NCBI GenBank assembly: GCA_963695545.1
Contig: OY968796.1
Location: forward strand, 2,848,001 to 2,912,000
Source of the DNA: Terriglobia bacterium
Lineage (GTDB): Bacteria > Acidobacteriota > Terriglobia > Acidiferrales > UBA7541
DNA length: 64,000 nucleotides
Reading direction: 5' to 3'
Shown here: one piece after another, positions 8,956 through 19,600 of the stretch
Position numbering within the stretch: the first letter of the stretch is position 1
Layout of the letters: each line of letters starts with the position of its first letter
Position numbers and translations under genes: made by a program
The notes under the pieces: generated by a model
The model's input: only the letters and a program-made list of their open reading frames with translations
What the model was told of the DNA's origin: nothing
The model's database searches: none

Positions 8956-9738
8956 ATGGAAAACAATCGGCCAGAAGCGCGTGTTGAGAGTATTCCTGAG
9001 CCAGAGACTGGAGTCGCGATCCCGCCTAAGGCCGCTCAGAAATACGAGAACACCAGAAAGTTTCGGAGAGCGAAGCTCCGCATGCGTCTGCGGGTGCGTC
9101 CGGGAGAGTTTGACTCCGGGGCATTCGAGGAAGTCGCGAACACGGTGGACGCTTCGCGCAAGGCGTTTTACTTCCACACTCCGTCCGACCGGTACCATCC
9201 GGGAATGCGTTTGCGCGTACGGTTTCCGTACGAACCAGGAGCGCTCGCGAACGAGGCGGACGATTTCGGCGAAGTCATCCGAGTGGATAAGCGGCCGCGC
9301 GGCTTTGGGGTGGCGGTGCTGTTCTGGAAGGCAGGCGCGGAGCCCACGGCTACGATTGCGGTCATGCCGAAGGCTGAAGTCGCGCAGCAAGAACGCCGCG
9401 GCGATACCGAACGGCGCACCCATGAGCGCCAGTCGCTGGTAGCGGCCGTCGAGTTGGTGGATCTGCCGACTGGAATCCGAATGCGCGCAAATACCACGGA
9501 CCTGAGTTTGGGAGGTTGCTACGTCAATACGCTGAACCCGTTTCAACCCGGCACCACGCTCGGGGTGAAGATCGAGCACAGCAACGTGACGCTCGAGGCC
9601 GAAGCGGTGGTGTGCGCGCGATTCGAGGGATCGGGGATGTGCCTGGAGTTCCGGAACATCACCGCCGAGCAATGCTCTCGGCTGAGTGAATGGCTGGGCG
9701 TGGCGGCGAACATAATGGTCGCCGACGTCGAGAGCTAA
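8956..9738 (+). CDS. Tandem PilZ-domain protein
   Basis: RKFRR...DASRK and RRTHER...DLSLGG (RxxxR / DxSxxG) motifs; GGAG upstream of ATG 8956. Confidence 0.8.
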   Translation: MENNRPEARVESIPEPETGVAIPPKAAQKYENTRKFRRAKLRMRLRVRPGEFDSGAFEEVANTVDASRKAFYFHTPSDRYHPGMRLRVRFPYEPGALANEADDFGEVIRVDKRPRGFGVAVLFWKAGAEPTATIAVMPKAEVAQQERRGDTERRTHERQSLVAAVELVDLPTGIRMRANTTDLSLGGCYVNTLNPFQPGTTLGVKIEHSNVTLEAEAVVCARFEGSGMCLEFRNITAEQCSRLSEWLGVAANIMVADVES

Positions 9739-9746
9739 GCGAAACG

Positions 9747-9790
9747 AAAAAGGGGCAATCCCGCTCGAGCGGGATTGCCCCTTTTTTTTT
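9747..9790. terminator. Bidirectional rho-independent terminator
   Basis: Perfect 40 bp palindrome AAAAAGGGGCAATCCCGCTC|GAGCGGGATTGCCCCTTTTT with a further T run, between convergent genes. Confidence 0.9.
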
Positions 9791-9824
9791 GCGCGCACGC
9801 TAACGCATGCGTTAAGAAAATAGC

Positions 9825-10643
9825 CTACATTTCGACGCTAATTTCGATGCGTGTGCCGGGATAATACGGGTCGTACATGTAATATCCGCCGTCTACGAAA
9901 TCAATGTAGACGTCGTCTGTGTAATACCAGTCCGCCGGCCACGGTTGGACGAATCCAAACCAAAAGCCGCCGTATTGGAAGCGGGAATATCCGCCGACCA
10001 TTTCTGGATTGCCCATGCGGAAGCGATGGCCCTCTCCAAAGTTGGCCTGGAAGCGAGCTTCAGGAATGCGGGTCGAAGTTCTGCCGCTTTCCCGCAATGC
10101 CGGCTGCGATCGTTGAGTTTGCTGCTCGGACGCGGTCCGCTGAACGTGTCCCTGCTGCGCTGGTCTGGCTTGCTGCTGTTTCGCTTGCTGAGGCTTTTGC
10201 GACTGTTTAGCCGCGGGCCTGGTGGTCGTTGTCGATTTGGCTTGTCGCTGCTCAGCGGGCTTGGCTTGCTGCTGCTTCGCTTGCTGGGGCTTTTGCGACT
10301 GCTTAGCCGCGGGCCTGGTAGTCGTTGTCGATTTGGCTTGTCGCTGTTCAGCAGGCTTGGATTGCGGCTGCGGCTTCGCTGCTTGTGCCTGTCGCTGCGG
10401 AGCGGGCTTGGCAGCTGGTTGCTGATGCGCGGCGGGCTCGGCCCGCTGCTGTTGCGCCGGCTTGGCTTGCGGTTCGGGCTTCGCCGCTGGTCTGGCCTCC
10501 GGCTGTTGCGCCGGCTTGGCGTCGGAGTGGCTTGCCGCCTGGCCGCCGTGATCATCCGGCTTGTCCTGTCGTGCAAACGCCGGAGCGCTGATTCCGAGAA
10601 GAAGGAACAGAGCTCCCGTACCGATCAATCTGACTGGTTTCAT
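9825..10643 (-). CDS. Secreted hypothetical protein with Q/P/A/K low-complexity repeats and an aromatic-rich C-terminal domain
   Basis: GGAGG RBS, signal peptide ending APAFA, disordered middle, Y/W/F-rich C-terminus. Confidence 0.75.
   Translation of the reverse strand: MKPVRLIGTGALFLLLGISAPAFARQDKPDDHGGQAASHSDAKPAQQPEARPAAKPEPQAKPAQQQRAEPAAHQQPAAKPAPQRQAQAAKPQPQSKPAEQRQAKSTTTTRPAAKQSQKPQQAKQQQAKPAEQRQAKSTTTTRPAAKQSQKPQQAKQQQARPAQQGHVQRTASEQQTQRSQPALRESGRTSTRIPEARFQANFGEGHRFRMGNPEMVGGYSRFQYGGFWFGFVQPWPADWYYTDDVYIDFVDGGYYMYDPYYPGTRIEISVEM
10167..10358. repeat. Intragenic tandem duplication, 2 x 96 bp
   Basis: Units 10167-10262 and 10263-10358 both encode KPAEQRQAKSTTTTRPAAKQSQKPQQAKQQQA with a few synonymous differences. 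Confidence 0.9.
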
Positions 10644-10787
10644 AAGCGCTGCCTCCAATGACAGCTATTGCACGCGCTGGTCGCTCGTCGCGTCGGGCGC
10701 GTTCCGTTCTTCGGTTCGAAAAATTCCTTGTGAGGCGGCTCGGCTTGTAGAACTGCGCCCCGCGCGGCGCGGCGCTGCAAAGTTTGG

Positions 10788-10979
10788 CTACGCCTTGATG
10801 TGAATCCCAGACAGAGTGTGCAGGAATCCGAAAATGTCCAAGAGCCATAGAACCACGACGATCACGACAATGGCGTTCAAAATGGATTTGATCGTGCCCT
10901 GCATCGGTATGAAGCTGTTGACCAGCCAAAGCAGCACGCCGACCACGACCAGGATCATCAAAACTTGAAGTAGAGGCAT
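10788..10979 (-). CDS. Thivi_2564-like small membrane protein
   Basis: 63 aa with two hydrophobic helices, pattern L..L.VVGVLLWLVN..IPM...IK.ILN.IVVI.VVLWLL; AGGAG RBS. Confidence 0.8.
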   Translation of the reverse strand: MPLLQVLMILVVVGVLLWLVNSFIPMQGTIKSILNAIVVIVVVLWLLDIFGFLHTLSGIHIKA

Positions 10980-11265
10980 TGTCTTTTTGACTCCTTTTCT
11001 TCGCAGGAAGACACTCCGGCCTGTCCCAAGGTCCTGCGACTTACTGTGTTGATCCCAGAGCTATTGCGGCGTATGGAGAGGGAGGGAACCCGTATTTGCC
11101 GGCGTTGATTGGTCTGAAGCTTGAGGAATCGCGCTCGGTTCAGACTAAGCGCTCTCCTCCATACAGCGACATCGTAGAGGATGCGAGGGCGCGTGTCTGT
11201 CCCGTTGCGGACACATCAGCATTTCCGTTGCGGATTCGCCTGCCAGTCGCTAACATTTTGCGACT

Positions 11266-12651
11266 ATGGCAAACACAGATTCCGACGCATTGGTATTCTT
11301 CGGCGCGACAGGCGACCTGGCCTACCAGCAGATTTTTCCCGCGCTGCAGGCCCTGATTCGGCATCGCCACTTCGATCTGCCCATCATCGGCGTGGCATTG
11401 CCTCCGTGGACGCTCGATCAGCTTCGCGCGCGCGCGAAGGAGAGCATCCAGAAGAACAGCCACCTCGACGAAGCGGCGTTCGCGATTCTCTCCGCTAAAC
11501 TCCAGTACGTGAGCGGCGACTACACCGACCCTGAGACGTTCACAAAATTGAAAACGGCGCTGGGCTCGGCGTGCCGGCCGCTGTTCTACCTGGCGATTCC
11601 GCCAGAACTGTTCGGCCCCGTGGCTAAAGGGCTTGCCGCCGCGAAGTGCAATACGGGGGGCCGGGTGGTCGTCGAAAAACCGTTTGGCCGTGACCTGGCA
11701 TCCGCGCAATCGCTGAACCAAACGTTGTCGGCGACCTTTCCCGAAAGCGCGGTTTTCCGAATCGACCATTTTCTGGGCAAGGAGCCGGTCCAGAATCTGC
11801 TGTATTTCAGGTTCGCCAATTCGTTCCTCGAGCCAATTTGGAATCGCGAATACGTCGCGAGCGTGCAGCTCACCATGGCCGAACATTTCGGCATCGCAGG
11901 GCGCGGCGCGTTCTACGACAAGGTGGGCGCGATTCGCGACGTGGTGCAAAATCATTTGCTCGCGATCGTCGCGCTGCTGGCGATGGAGGCGCCGATTGCG
12001 CACGGCCTCGACGCGGTGCGCGACGAGAAGCAGCGCGCGCTTCGCGCCGCCCGGCCGCTCGCGCCCAAGGATGTCGTGCGCGGCCAATTCCGCGGCTACC
12101 GGAACGAGCCCGGCGTGGCGCCGAATTCCGACGTCGAGACCTACGCCGCGCTCAAAATGTACATCGACACATGGCGCTGGGCGGGCGTGCCCTTTTATAT
12201 TCGCACCGGCAAGGAACTGCCGGTCACCGCAACGGAAGTATTCGTTCGATTGAAACGCCCGCCGCAGAATGTGTTCGACCGCGTCGCTCCGAACGACGCG
12301 AACTATCTTCGTTTCTGTCTCAGCCCGGACGTATCGATCTCGCTGGGCGTGCGCGCGAAAACTCCGGGCGAGGCCATGGCCGGCAAACAAGTGGAACTTA
12401 CGATGCACGAAGCCACGGGCGACGAAATGCTGCCCTACGAGCGTCTGCTGGGCGACGCCATGCGCGGCGATCAGACGCTGTTTGTGCGCGAGGATAGCGT
12501 GGAGGCCTCGTGGAATATTGTCGATCCGATCTTGCCCGGCGTCGGCGAGGCGCCTCCCGCGCTCGAGTACGATCCCAACACCTGGGGACCGCCTGAAGCC
12601 GACGCGATCATTGCCGACGATGGCGGCTGGCACAATCCGTGCGGAGCATAG
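11266..12651 (+). CDS. zwf: Glucose-6-phosphate 1-dehydrogenase
   Basis: [41 protein letters not shown] and PYERL motifs. Confidence 0.95.
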   Translation: MANTDSDALVFFGATGDLAYQQIFPALQALIRHRHFDLPIIGVALPPWTLDQLRARAKESIQKNSHLDEAAFAILSAKLQYVSGDYTDPETFTKLKTALGSACRPLFYLAIPPELFGPVAKGLAAAKCNTGGRVVVEKPFGRDLASAQSLNQTLSATFPESAVFRIDHFLGKEPVQNLLYFRFANSFLEPIWNREYVASVQLTMAEHFGIAGRGAFYDKVGAIRDVVQNHLLAIVALLAMEAPIAHGLDAVRDEKQRALRAARPLAPKDVVRGQFRGYRNEPGVAPNSDVETYAALKMYIDTWRWAGVPFYIRTGKELPVTATEVFVRLKRPPQNVFDRVAPNDANYLRFCLSPDVSISLGVRAKTPGEAMAGKQVELTMHEATGDEMLPYERLLGDAMRGDQTLFVREDSVEASWNIVDPILPGVGEAPPALEYDPNTWGPPEADAIIADDGGWHNPCGA

Positions 12652-12877
12652 GCTGGTCGGCGACGGAAGCTGCCGGTTCGGGCGGGCATCTGGGGAGCAG
12701 CCAAAGCACGCGCATCCTTGCGCATGATATCCCCAGGCAGAGAGTTGATGACCCGCCTGCACGTGTCGCAACACCATCAGTGACCGCGCGGAACACTTCA
12801 GATTAATCATACGTATATCAGTTAGCGGAGAAGGCGTATCTCGACGGGACGCTTCGCACAATTTCGGGAGAAATTAC

Positions 12878-13825
12878 GTGCGTCAAATGCACATCGCGCT
12901 GATCGTGCTTGGTGTGCCGCTGTTGCTCGCGGCTGCGCTCTCCGGCGTGGTCGGATATGAGGAAGGACCTTGGATTTTGCGGCCCGCTCGGCGGCCGCTT
13001 TCGCAGGAATTGATCGCGGGGGCCGGGGGCGCTTTCGGCGCCGTCGGTGGCAGCCTTGATGATTTCGATGTTCGCGCGGCAGACGCCGCGATACTTCGCG
13101 GGTGGCTCGGTCGTCCCTCGTCCGCAAATGGCGACTGGGTCTTGCTGTTTCATGGCATTGGCGACAATCGGGCCGGGATGGTCAGCTACGCTAGCTTCCT
13201 GCTTCGCAAAGGTTACGGAGTGGTGCTAATGGATTCGCGAGCGCAGGGTGAGAGCGATGGAAATCTCGCGACGTTCGGCTGGAAGGAGCGTTACGACGTA
13301 CGGGCAATTCTTGATGCGCTCATCGCCCGCGTGCATCCTCGCCACATTTTTCTGCTCGGTGAATCGATGGGAGCGTCGATCGCGCTGCAAGCGGCCGCGG
13401 TGGACGATCGGATTGACGGTGTGGTTGCTGAGGCTCCCTTCAGCAACCTGCGGGAAGTCGCTTATGACTACGCGGGCCTGCATTGGAATCCGTGGCTGGG
13501 CAAAACCCTGTTTCGCCCAGCGGTGATTTTCGCGATTCGCGCTGTGGAACGCGAGGGCGATTTTCGCGCCGATAATGTTTCTCCAGAAGAAGCGGTCGCC
13601 GCTCGCTCATTTCCAATTCTGCTGATTTGCGGCGGTGCCGATCACACGGTGCCTTGCCGTCACGCGCTTCGCATTTTTGCGGCCGCTTCGGGCGCGAAGC
13701 AGCTTTGGGTAGTCGCTGGCGCGGGCCATACGCAGGCGTACGGTGCTGATCCGGCGGAATTCGAGCGGCGCGTGTTGGGGTTCTTCGGTGAGATCGGCGC
13801 GTCGGAGCGGGCGCCCGCACAGTAA
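12878..13825 (+). CDS. Membrane-anchored alpha/beta hydrolase
   Basis: N-terminal TM segment, FHG, GESMG nucleophile elbow, ADHTVP and AGH triad residues. Confidence 0.85.
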   Translation: MRQMHIALIVLGVPLLLAAALSGVVGYEEGPWILRPARRPLSQELIAGAGGAFGAVGGSLDDFDVRAADAAILRGWLGRPSSANGDWVLLFHGIGDNRAGMVSYASFLLRKGYGVVLMDSRAQGESDGNLATFGWKERYDVRAILDALIARVHPRHIFLLGESMGASIALQAAAVDDRIDGVVAEAPFSNLREVAYDYAGLHWNPWLGKTLFRPAVIFAIRAVEREGDFRADNVSPEEAVAARSFPILLICGGADHTVPCRHALRIFAAASGAKQLWVVAGAGHTQAYGADPAEFERRVLGFFGEIGASERAPAQ

Positions 13826-13948
13826 AGCGCGGTGGCTGGCGAGGGGAAACGCGACAATCCCAAAAGCAGGCGGCTTCCGCCCGCCCGCAGAGCATCTAAC
13901 TATGTGTCGGAGTAAAGGCGAGAGGTAAGACCGGAGCAGGAGCGTGCT

Positions 13949-14890
13949 GTGCGAAATAAATTCATTTTGAAATTCGCGATGATCTCGGTTGCTGCGGTGA
14001 GCCTGGCCTCGGCGCCGATTGGCGCACAAGCGCAGGCGGCAGGCACGAAGCCGGTGAATGTGATTGTCACCGTGCTCGGCAAGGGCAAGGAAGCTGCGCC
14101 TGAGGTCACCGAAGATTCGGTGAACGTGCATCAGGATGGTAAGGCGCGCCCGGTGCTGGGTTGGCAGCGATTGCCGGAGGATGGGCAGGGTCTCGAATTG
14201 ATCGTGTACGTAGACGGATCGGTGGACGCCAGTGTCGCCAATCAGCTGCAGGACGTCTCCGCGTTTATCCGCGCGCTGCCGCGTGAGGCAAGCGCGGAAG
14301 TGGTCTATTCCTACGGAGGCGAACCACAAATCGTGCAATCGCCGACAACGGACCGCGAGCTTGCGGCGAAGTCAGTAAGGATTCCCTCGGGGCGATTCGC
14401 CGCTTCGTCTGGTCTGTATGCGGGCCTCGAGGATTTTGCGAAACACTTGCCGGACGGCGGGAGTCGGCGCGTGTTCCTGGTGATCAGCAATGGGATCGAT
14501 CTGCTTCGAGGCGTAGGGGAGAGCGATCCGGGGATCAATCCCGACTTGCAATCGGCGATCGACGAATTGCATCGCAAAGATATTTCCGTTTACGCCATCT
14601 ACGCGGGTGGCGGCGGACGCATGCTGGAAAACGAATATCTGGTGAACAACGGGCAAGGGTGCCTGGCGCGGCTGGCGGCGGAAACGGGCGGCGAGTTTTT
14701 CTCGATGGGGCTTTCCACGCCGATCGATTTCGAGCCTTATCTTAAGGACGTTTCGGAGGGATTGACGCACCAATATCTGCTTACGTTTGCCGCGGTCACT
14801 TCAACCAAGGCGCATCTCTCGACGCTCCGAGTTGGAGTCGAGGTCGAGGGCGCGGATGTGCTCGCGCCGGATCATGTTTTCGTGCCGTGA
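13949..14890 (+). CDS. Secreted VWA-like hypothetical protein
   Basis: Signal peptide; VDGS, ISNG.D, LAAETGG and QYLLTF resemble acidobacterial VWFA-related proteins; GGAG RBS. Confidence 0.6.
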   Translation: MRNKFILKFAMISVAAVSLASAPIGAQAQAAGTKPVNVIVTVLGKGKEAAPEVTEDSVNVHQDGKARPVLGWQRLPEDGQGLELIVYVDGSVDASVANQLQDVSAFIRALPREASAEVVYSYGGEPQIVQSPTTDRELAAKSVRIPSGRFAASSGLYAGLEDFAKHLPDGGSRRVFLVISNGIDLLRGVGESDPGINPDLQSAIDELHRKDISVYAIYAGGGGRMLENEYLVNNGQGCLARLAAETGGEFFSMGLSTPIDFEPYLKDVSEGLTHQYLLTFAAVTSTKAHLSTLRVGVEVEGADVLAPDHVFVP

Positions 14891-14936
14891 GAGGAATGAC
14901 TGGCGGAAGCGCGAACGCCGCGGCCGGTGCGCGCGG

Positions 14937-14979
14937 AAAAGAAAAAGCCCCACCCGCAAATTCGGCGGGTGGGGCACCC
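14937..14979 (-). terminator. Hairpin terminator of the ALDH gene (REP-like GGGTGCCCCAC hairpin)
   Basis: GCCCCACCCGC-7 nt-GCGGGTGGGGC stem followed by TTTTTCTTTT on the minus strand. Confidence 0.8.
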
Positions 14980-15000
14980 AGTTAACAATATGCTGCCTGA

Positions 15001-16509
15001 CTAGATTGGCGTGCAGACGGCTTTTACCTCGGTGTAGGCCTCGAGGGCTTCGTGGCCCATTTCGCGGCCCCAGCCGGATTGCTTGTAGCCGCCGAAGGGA
15101 AGCGCGGCGTCGAAAATATTGTAGCAATTGATCCAGACGGTACCGGCGCGAAGTTGGGACGCGAGGCGATTGGCTTTCTGAATGTCGCGCGTCCAGATTC
15201 CGGCGGCCAGGCCGTATTCGGAATTGTTTGCGTGTTTGATCAAATCGTCGGCATCGCGGAAGGGAATTGCGGTGACCACGGGGCCAAAGATTTCTTCGCG
15301 CACGACTTTCATATTTTCGTTGGTGTTCACCAGGACCGTAGGCTTCACGAAGTAGCCTTTATCGCCCTGGCGGCTGCCGCCGACCGTGGCCTTGGCTCCT
15401 TCGGAGAAACCGGATTCGAGATAGCTGCAGACGCGATTGAGTTGTTCTTCGGAGACGAGCGGTCCCATTTCGGAAGATGGCTCCATGCCGGGGCCAATTT
15501 TTATTTCGCTCGCGGCAGTGGAGACGCCGTCGACAACTTTGTCGAACGAATCCTTCTGCACGTAGAGGCGCGAGCCGGCGCAGCAGCACTGGCCGTGATT
15601 GAAGAAAATCGCGCTGGCCGCTCCGGGTATCGCGATTTCGAGATCGGCGTCTTGCAGGATCACGTTGGGAGATTTGCCGCCGAGTTCGAGCGAGACTTTT
15701 TTCAGATTTCCGGCGGCGGCCTTGACGATCAGCCTGCCGACTTCGGTGGAACCGGTGAAGGCGACTTTGTCGACGTCGGGATGCGCGGCGAGCGCGGCGC
15801 CGGCGGTTTCGCCGAAGCCGGGAATGATGTTCACGACGCCGTCGGGGAAACCGGCTTCCTGGATCAGTTCGCCGAGGCGCAGCGCGGAGAGCGGCGTCTG
15901 CTCGGCCGGCTTCAAAACGACCGTGCAGCCGCAGGCGAGCGCGGGGCCAAGTTTCCATGCGGCCATCAGCAGCGGAAAATTCCACGGGATGATCTGGCCG
16001 ACCACTCCGACCGGTTCGCGCAGCGTGTACGCGAGATATTTCACGCCGGGGGTATAGGGCACGGAAAGCGGAATCGTGTTGCCTTCGATCTTGGTGGCCC
16101 AGCCGCCCATGTAGCGGAAAAGCTCGATGGCGAGGGGAACGTCGGCGGCGCGCGCGATGGTCAGCGGCTTGCCGTTGTCCAGGCTTTCAAGTTGAGCGAA
16201 CTCTTCGATATTTTGCTCGAGAAGATCGGCGAGTTTCCAGATCAGTTTGCTGCGATCGGACGCGGTGAGTTTCTGCGTCCACGGACCGCTATCGAATGCG
16301 GCGCGCGCGGCGGCCACGGCTCGATTGATATCTTCGCGATCGCCTTCGGCGACACGCGAGAGAACTTCGCCAGTGGCGGGGTTGTAAGTGTCAAACGTTT
16401 TGCCCGACGCGGCGTCGACCCACTTTCCGTTGATCAACATTTTCTGAGTTTTTGCGAGGTACCGGCTGACTTTGTCGTCCATGCGAACTGCTGACGTGGC
16501 AGTTGCCAT
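15001..16509 (-). CDS. NAD-dependent aldehyde dehydrogenase (ALDH1/2 or phenylacetaldehyde dehydrogenase-like)
   Basis: PWNFP, KPAEQT, FTGST, LELGGKSP, GQCC and EEIFGP motifs; GGAGG RBS before ATG 16509. Confidence 0.95.
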   Translation of the reverse strand: MATATSAVRMDDKVSRYLAKTQKMLINGKWVDAASGKTFDTYNPATGEVLSRVAEGDREDINRAVAAARAAFDSGPWTQKLTASDRSKLIWKLADLLEQNIEEFAQLESLDNGKPLTIARAADVPLAIELFRYMGGWATKIEGNTIPLSVPYTPGVKYLAYTLREPVGVVGQIIPWNFPLLMAAWKLGPALACGCTVVLKPAEQTPLSALRLGELIQEAGFPDGVVNIIPGFGETAGAALAAHPDVDKVAFTGSTEVGRLIVKAAAGNLKKVSLELGGKSPNVILQDADLEIAIPGAASAIFFNHGQCCCAGSRLYVQKDSFDKVVDGVSTAASEIKIGPGMEPSSEMGPLVSEEQLNRVCSYLESGFSEGAKATVGGSRQGDKGYFVKPTVLVNTNENMKVVREEIFGPVVTAIPFRDADDLIKHANNSEYGLAAGIWTRDIQKANRLASQLRAGTVWINCYNIFDAALPFGGYKQSGWGREMGHEALEAYTEVKAVCTPI

Positions 16510-16649
16510 TTTCGTGGCCTCCTTGAAGCGACTAATCCTGCGAGAGCGGGGCCCCGAGGGCCCGCTACCGGGCGACTCTAACTCATTCTGCGCGCGAATT
16601 TCAATCGAAGGGGTACCGAGCGGGCGGGCGCCGGCACGCGGGCCTGCCG

Positions 16650-19600
16650 TTACTCGACGGAGGCGTCGGCGCCGGGACGAACAAGAACCATCGAGCATCC
16701 GCTGTCAGGCTCGCAATCGAGAATGCCGTGGACGAGCAGGCGCGTGGGGCCGTCGTCCGGAAAAGGAAGGTCAAATTTAGCGGCTTCGAGCGCGGCATCG
16801 GCGTTCTTGAGCAGATCGGAGCCGCTGACAAATTTCACGCTGACGACTTTCGGCGACGGCGAGCCGGGGGCGAGCAGCAGAAAAAATTCGGCGCTGGCGT
16901 GCTCTTTGACAATTCGAGCGACGGTAACGGTGCGCATCAGCGAAATCACGCCGGGATCGGTGCCAAAATGTGATTCGTTCTTGCTGAGGAGTACGTCGAG
17001 GCGCGCCCGTGTCCCACTTGGCGGAGACCCCGTGTCGATTGCCCACCCATAGGCTTCGATGGCTTTCTGCCTCGCGCCCATTTTTTCGTAGATCTGGCCG
17101 AGATGATCGGCGTCGGTCGAATCCTGGTACATACTCCAAGCCGAGCGGCAATATTTTTCGGCTAGATCGTAGTGGCCCAAACGGAATTGGATCCAACCGA
17201 GAGTATCCCACGTGGCGGACAAGAGGTTCATCGTCCCCTTGTCTTTGTCGACGATGTTATCGAGAGAGATCGCGGCGGAATCGGACTCGAGTTGCGCGAC
17301 GGCCTTCTGAGCCCATTGGAGGGATTCGTCGAGCTTCAGATTGTTGTCGGCCAGATACCAAGCGGCATCGTTGAGCGTTTCGGGCGAGGGATCGATCGCG
17401 ACGGCTTGCTCGAGGGCGGCGGCGCCGGCATCGGAGTTGAGGGTGTAGATATGGGCTTCTCCGAGTTGCAGGAGCAGAGCGGCGTTGTGCGGATTATTCT
17501 TTACGGCGCTTTCGGCTTGTTGGAGAGCGTCGGGATAGCGCTTCATGTCGAGAAGCGCGGCGTCGATCGCGAGCAGCGCTTCCGGATCCGTTGGCTTTGA
17601 CTTTTCGAGTTCGGCGATAATTTCGAGCGCCAAGTCGTCTTTGTGCATGTTCGCAAGTTGCGTTGCGGTGGTCGCGTAATACGCGGCGGGAGCCGGGTCG
17701 AGATCGATGGCTTTTTTAATTTCGTCGGCGCCGGAGTCTAAGGCGCCGATACGAATGTCGGAATAGCCCAACAAGCTCCATGCGAATGCGAAATTCGGAT
17801 CCGCAGCGACAGCTTCGCGGAGATCCTGGATGCCCGTTGCCCAATCGCCGCGCCGTTCGGCGTCTGTCGCAAGTTGGCTCAAGTTGCGGGCCTCGGGGTT
17901 GCCGGTAGTGTCGACGCCGGACGCGGACACGGGCGCGGACGGCGCATACACGGCGAACAGTTTGGCCTCGTCATCGGTGACCGACTTCACGAACTTGCGG
18001 TAGGCATCGAACTCCGAAGGGGCAAGCATATCGACCTTGACGACTTCGGGGCGTTCGGCATGCCAGACGCTGTTGGAAAACGTAAACGATGAGTGGTATT
18101 CGGCGAAATCGTTGTTGAGGTCCACCGCGGCGGGCAATTCCGGATTCGTGCCTTCGGGGAGGTGCACATCGGCGGTTAAGGACTCGGTCATCGTGCCCAG
18201 GCGGATGGATGTGGCCGGCGCATCGGCGCCTTCCGGGATGATGGTGAGATCCACTTCGGGCAACGGCGGGGAGATTTGGTTGTCGTCCCAGGGCTGGTAG
18301 TGGTCGCGAGCGTAGCTGTAATCGAACTCAAACGGCGTGGCCGTGGAGTCGGGCGGGGTGGCGGTGGCGTCGCTGACGGTGCCGCCGAAATCCCACGCTT
18401 GCGAAATGCGTTGGACCAAGTCGTTCCACTGCGATTGGCCGGTTCGCCGGAAATCATCGCGGAAGGCAACCTCAAAATCGCCGCGAATGCTTACGTGCAT
18501 CTTGCTCTTGACCGCGCCGGTGCTGTCGATCGTGCTGTCGGCATGGAAATTGAAAAAGGACGCGAAAGGCGGGTCGGCGGGGGTGACAACCATCTGCATG
18601 GGCCCGGCGTCCGGGACAATCATGGCCTTTTTATTTCTGATGGTCACGCTGAGGTAACCGAGCGGCGCAACGCCGGGAGTCGTGTCAAGGAAAAGAAAAC
18701 CGCTGGCCTGAGGAATGGCGGTGATTACGTGGTCAAACATCATCGGCGAGGGAAGCGTGGTATCCAAGGTTCCAGCGGAATCCATGAGCGCGGGGTAAGC
18801 CTTGATGTTTTCGGCGGCGAGCAACGCGGCGAACAGGGTGTGCTTGTCCTTGCAATCGCCGAAACCGTTCTCGAGGACATCCGAGGCCGAGTGCGGCTGG
18901 TAGCGTCCGATGCCGAGTGAAATTCCGATGTACCGGAATTTCGTGGAGACGTAATCGTAGAGAATCTGGATTTTTTCGGCGTCGGTCTTGGCGCCGGCGG
19001 TGAGCGCGTCAGCTTTGGCTTTGACGTCAGGCGTCGGCACGGCGCGGGGCGCGGCCAAGCCGCGGAACCATTGGCCCACCTGGTCCCAGCTATCGAACGA
19101 AGAAATCAGAATGTCGGGAGGGGGCGCGAGTCCGATTTGAGGCGCAGGAGTTTTCTTGCCGGAGTCGGCGTCCGAAAGATTCGACGACTTCCAATCGTAG
19201 ACGCTGTTCGCGCCGTCCAGAGTGACGGTCGGTTGAACGTCGATCGATTTGAAATTGACGTGGCGATTCTTCGGTGCGATGAAACGTAACTCTTCCGAAA
19301 GGACGATTGCACCTTTCGTGAAATTGTAAAAGTACCAGAATTGGCCGGGGTCGAGCGGCGCCGTGTCGCGCACGACTGTTTGGTACTCAAGCGTGTCGCC
19401 GGCCTCGAGGCCTCGCACGGCGAGCTGTTTTTCCTGGAGGTCACTGTACTCGGGGGCTTCGCGGGTGACGTCGGCGGGAATGGCAAGCGCGTCGGCGGGG
19501 TCGGTGGTGACGACTCGACCATCGGGTTTTGTGACCTTCACGGAGACGAAATCCGCGGCGGAACTGGCCGAGGCATACTGGATGTCCAAATTGCCGAAGG

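Noticed and set aside
11140..12861. 573 aa minus-strand ORF (and similar long antisense ORFs at 15052-16494, 25389-26510, 36544-37728, 56248-57600)
   Set aside because: Antisense shadows of well-supported genes; no recognisable motifs
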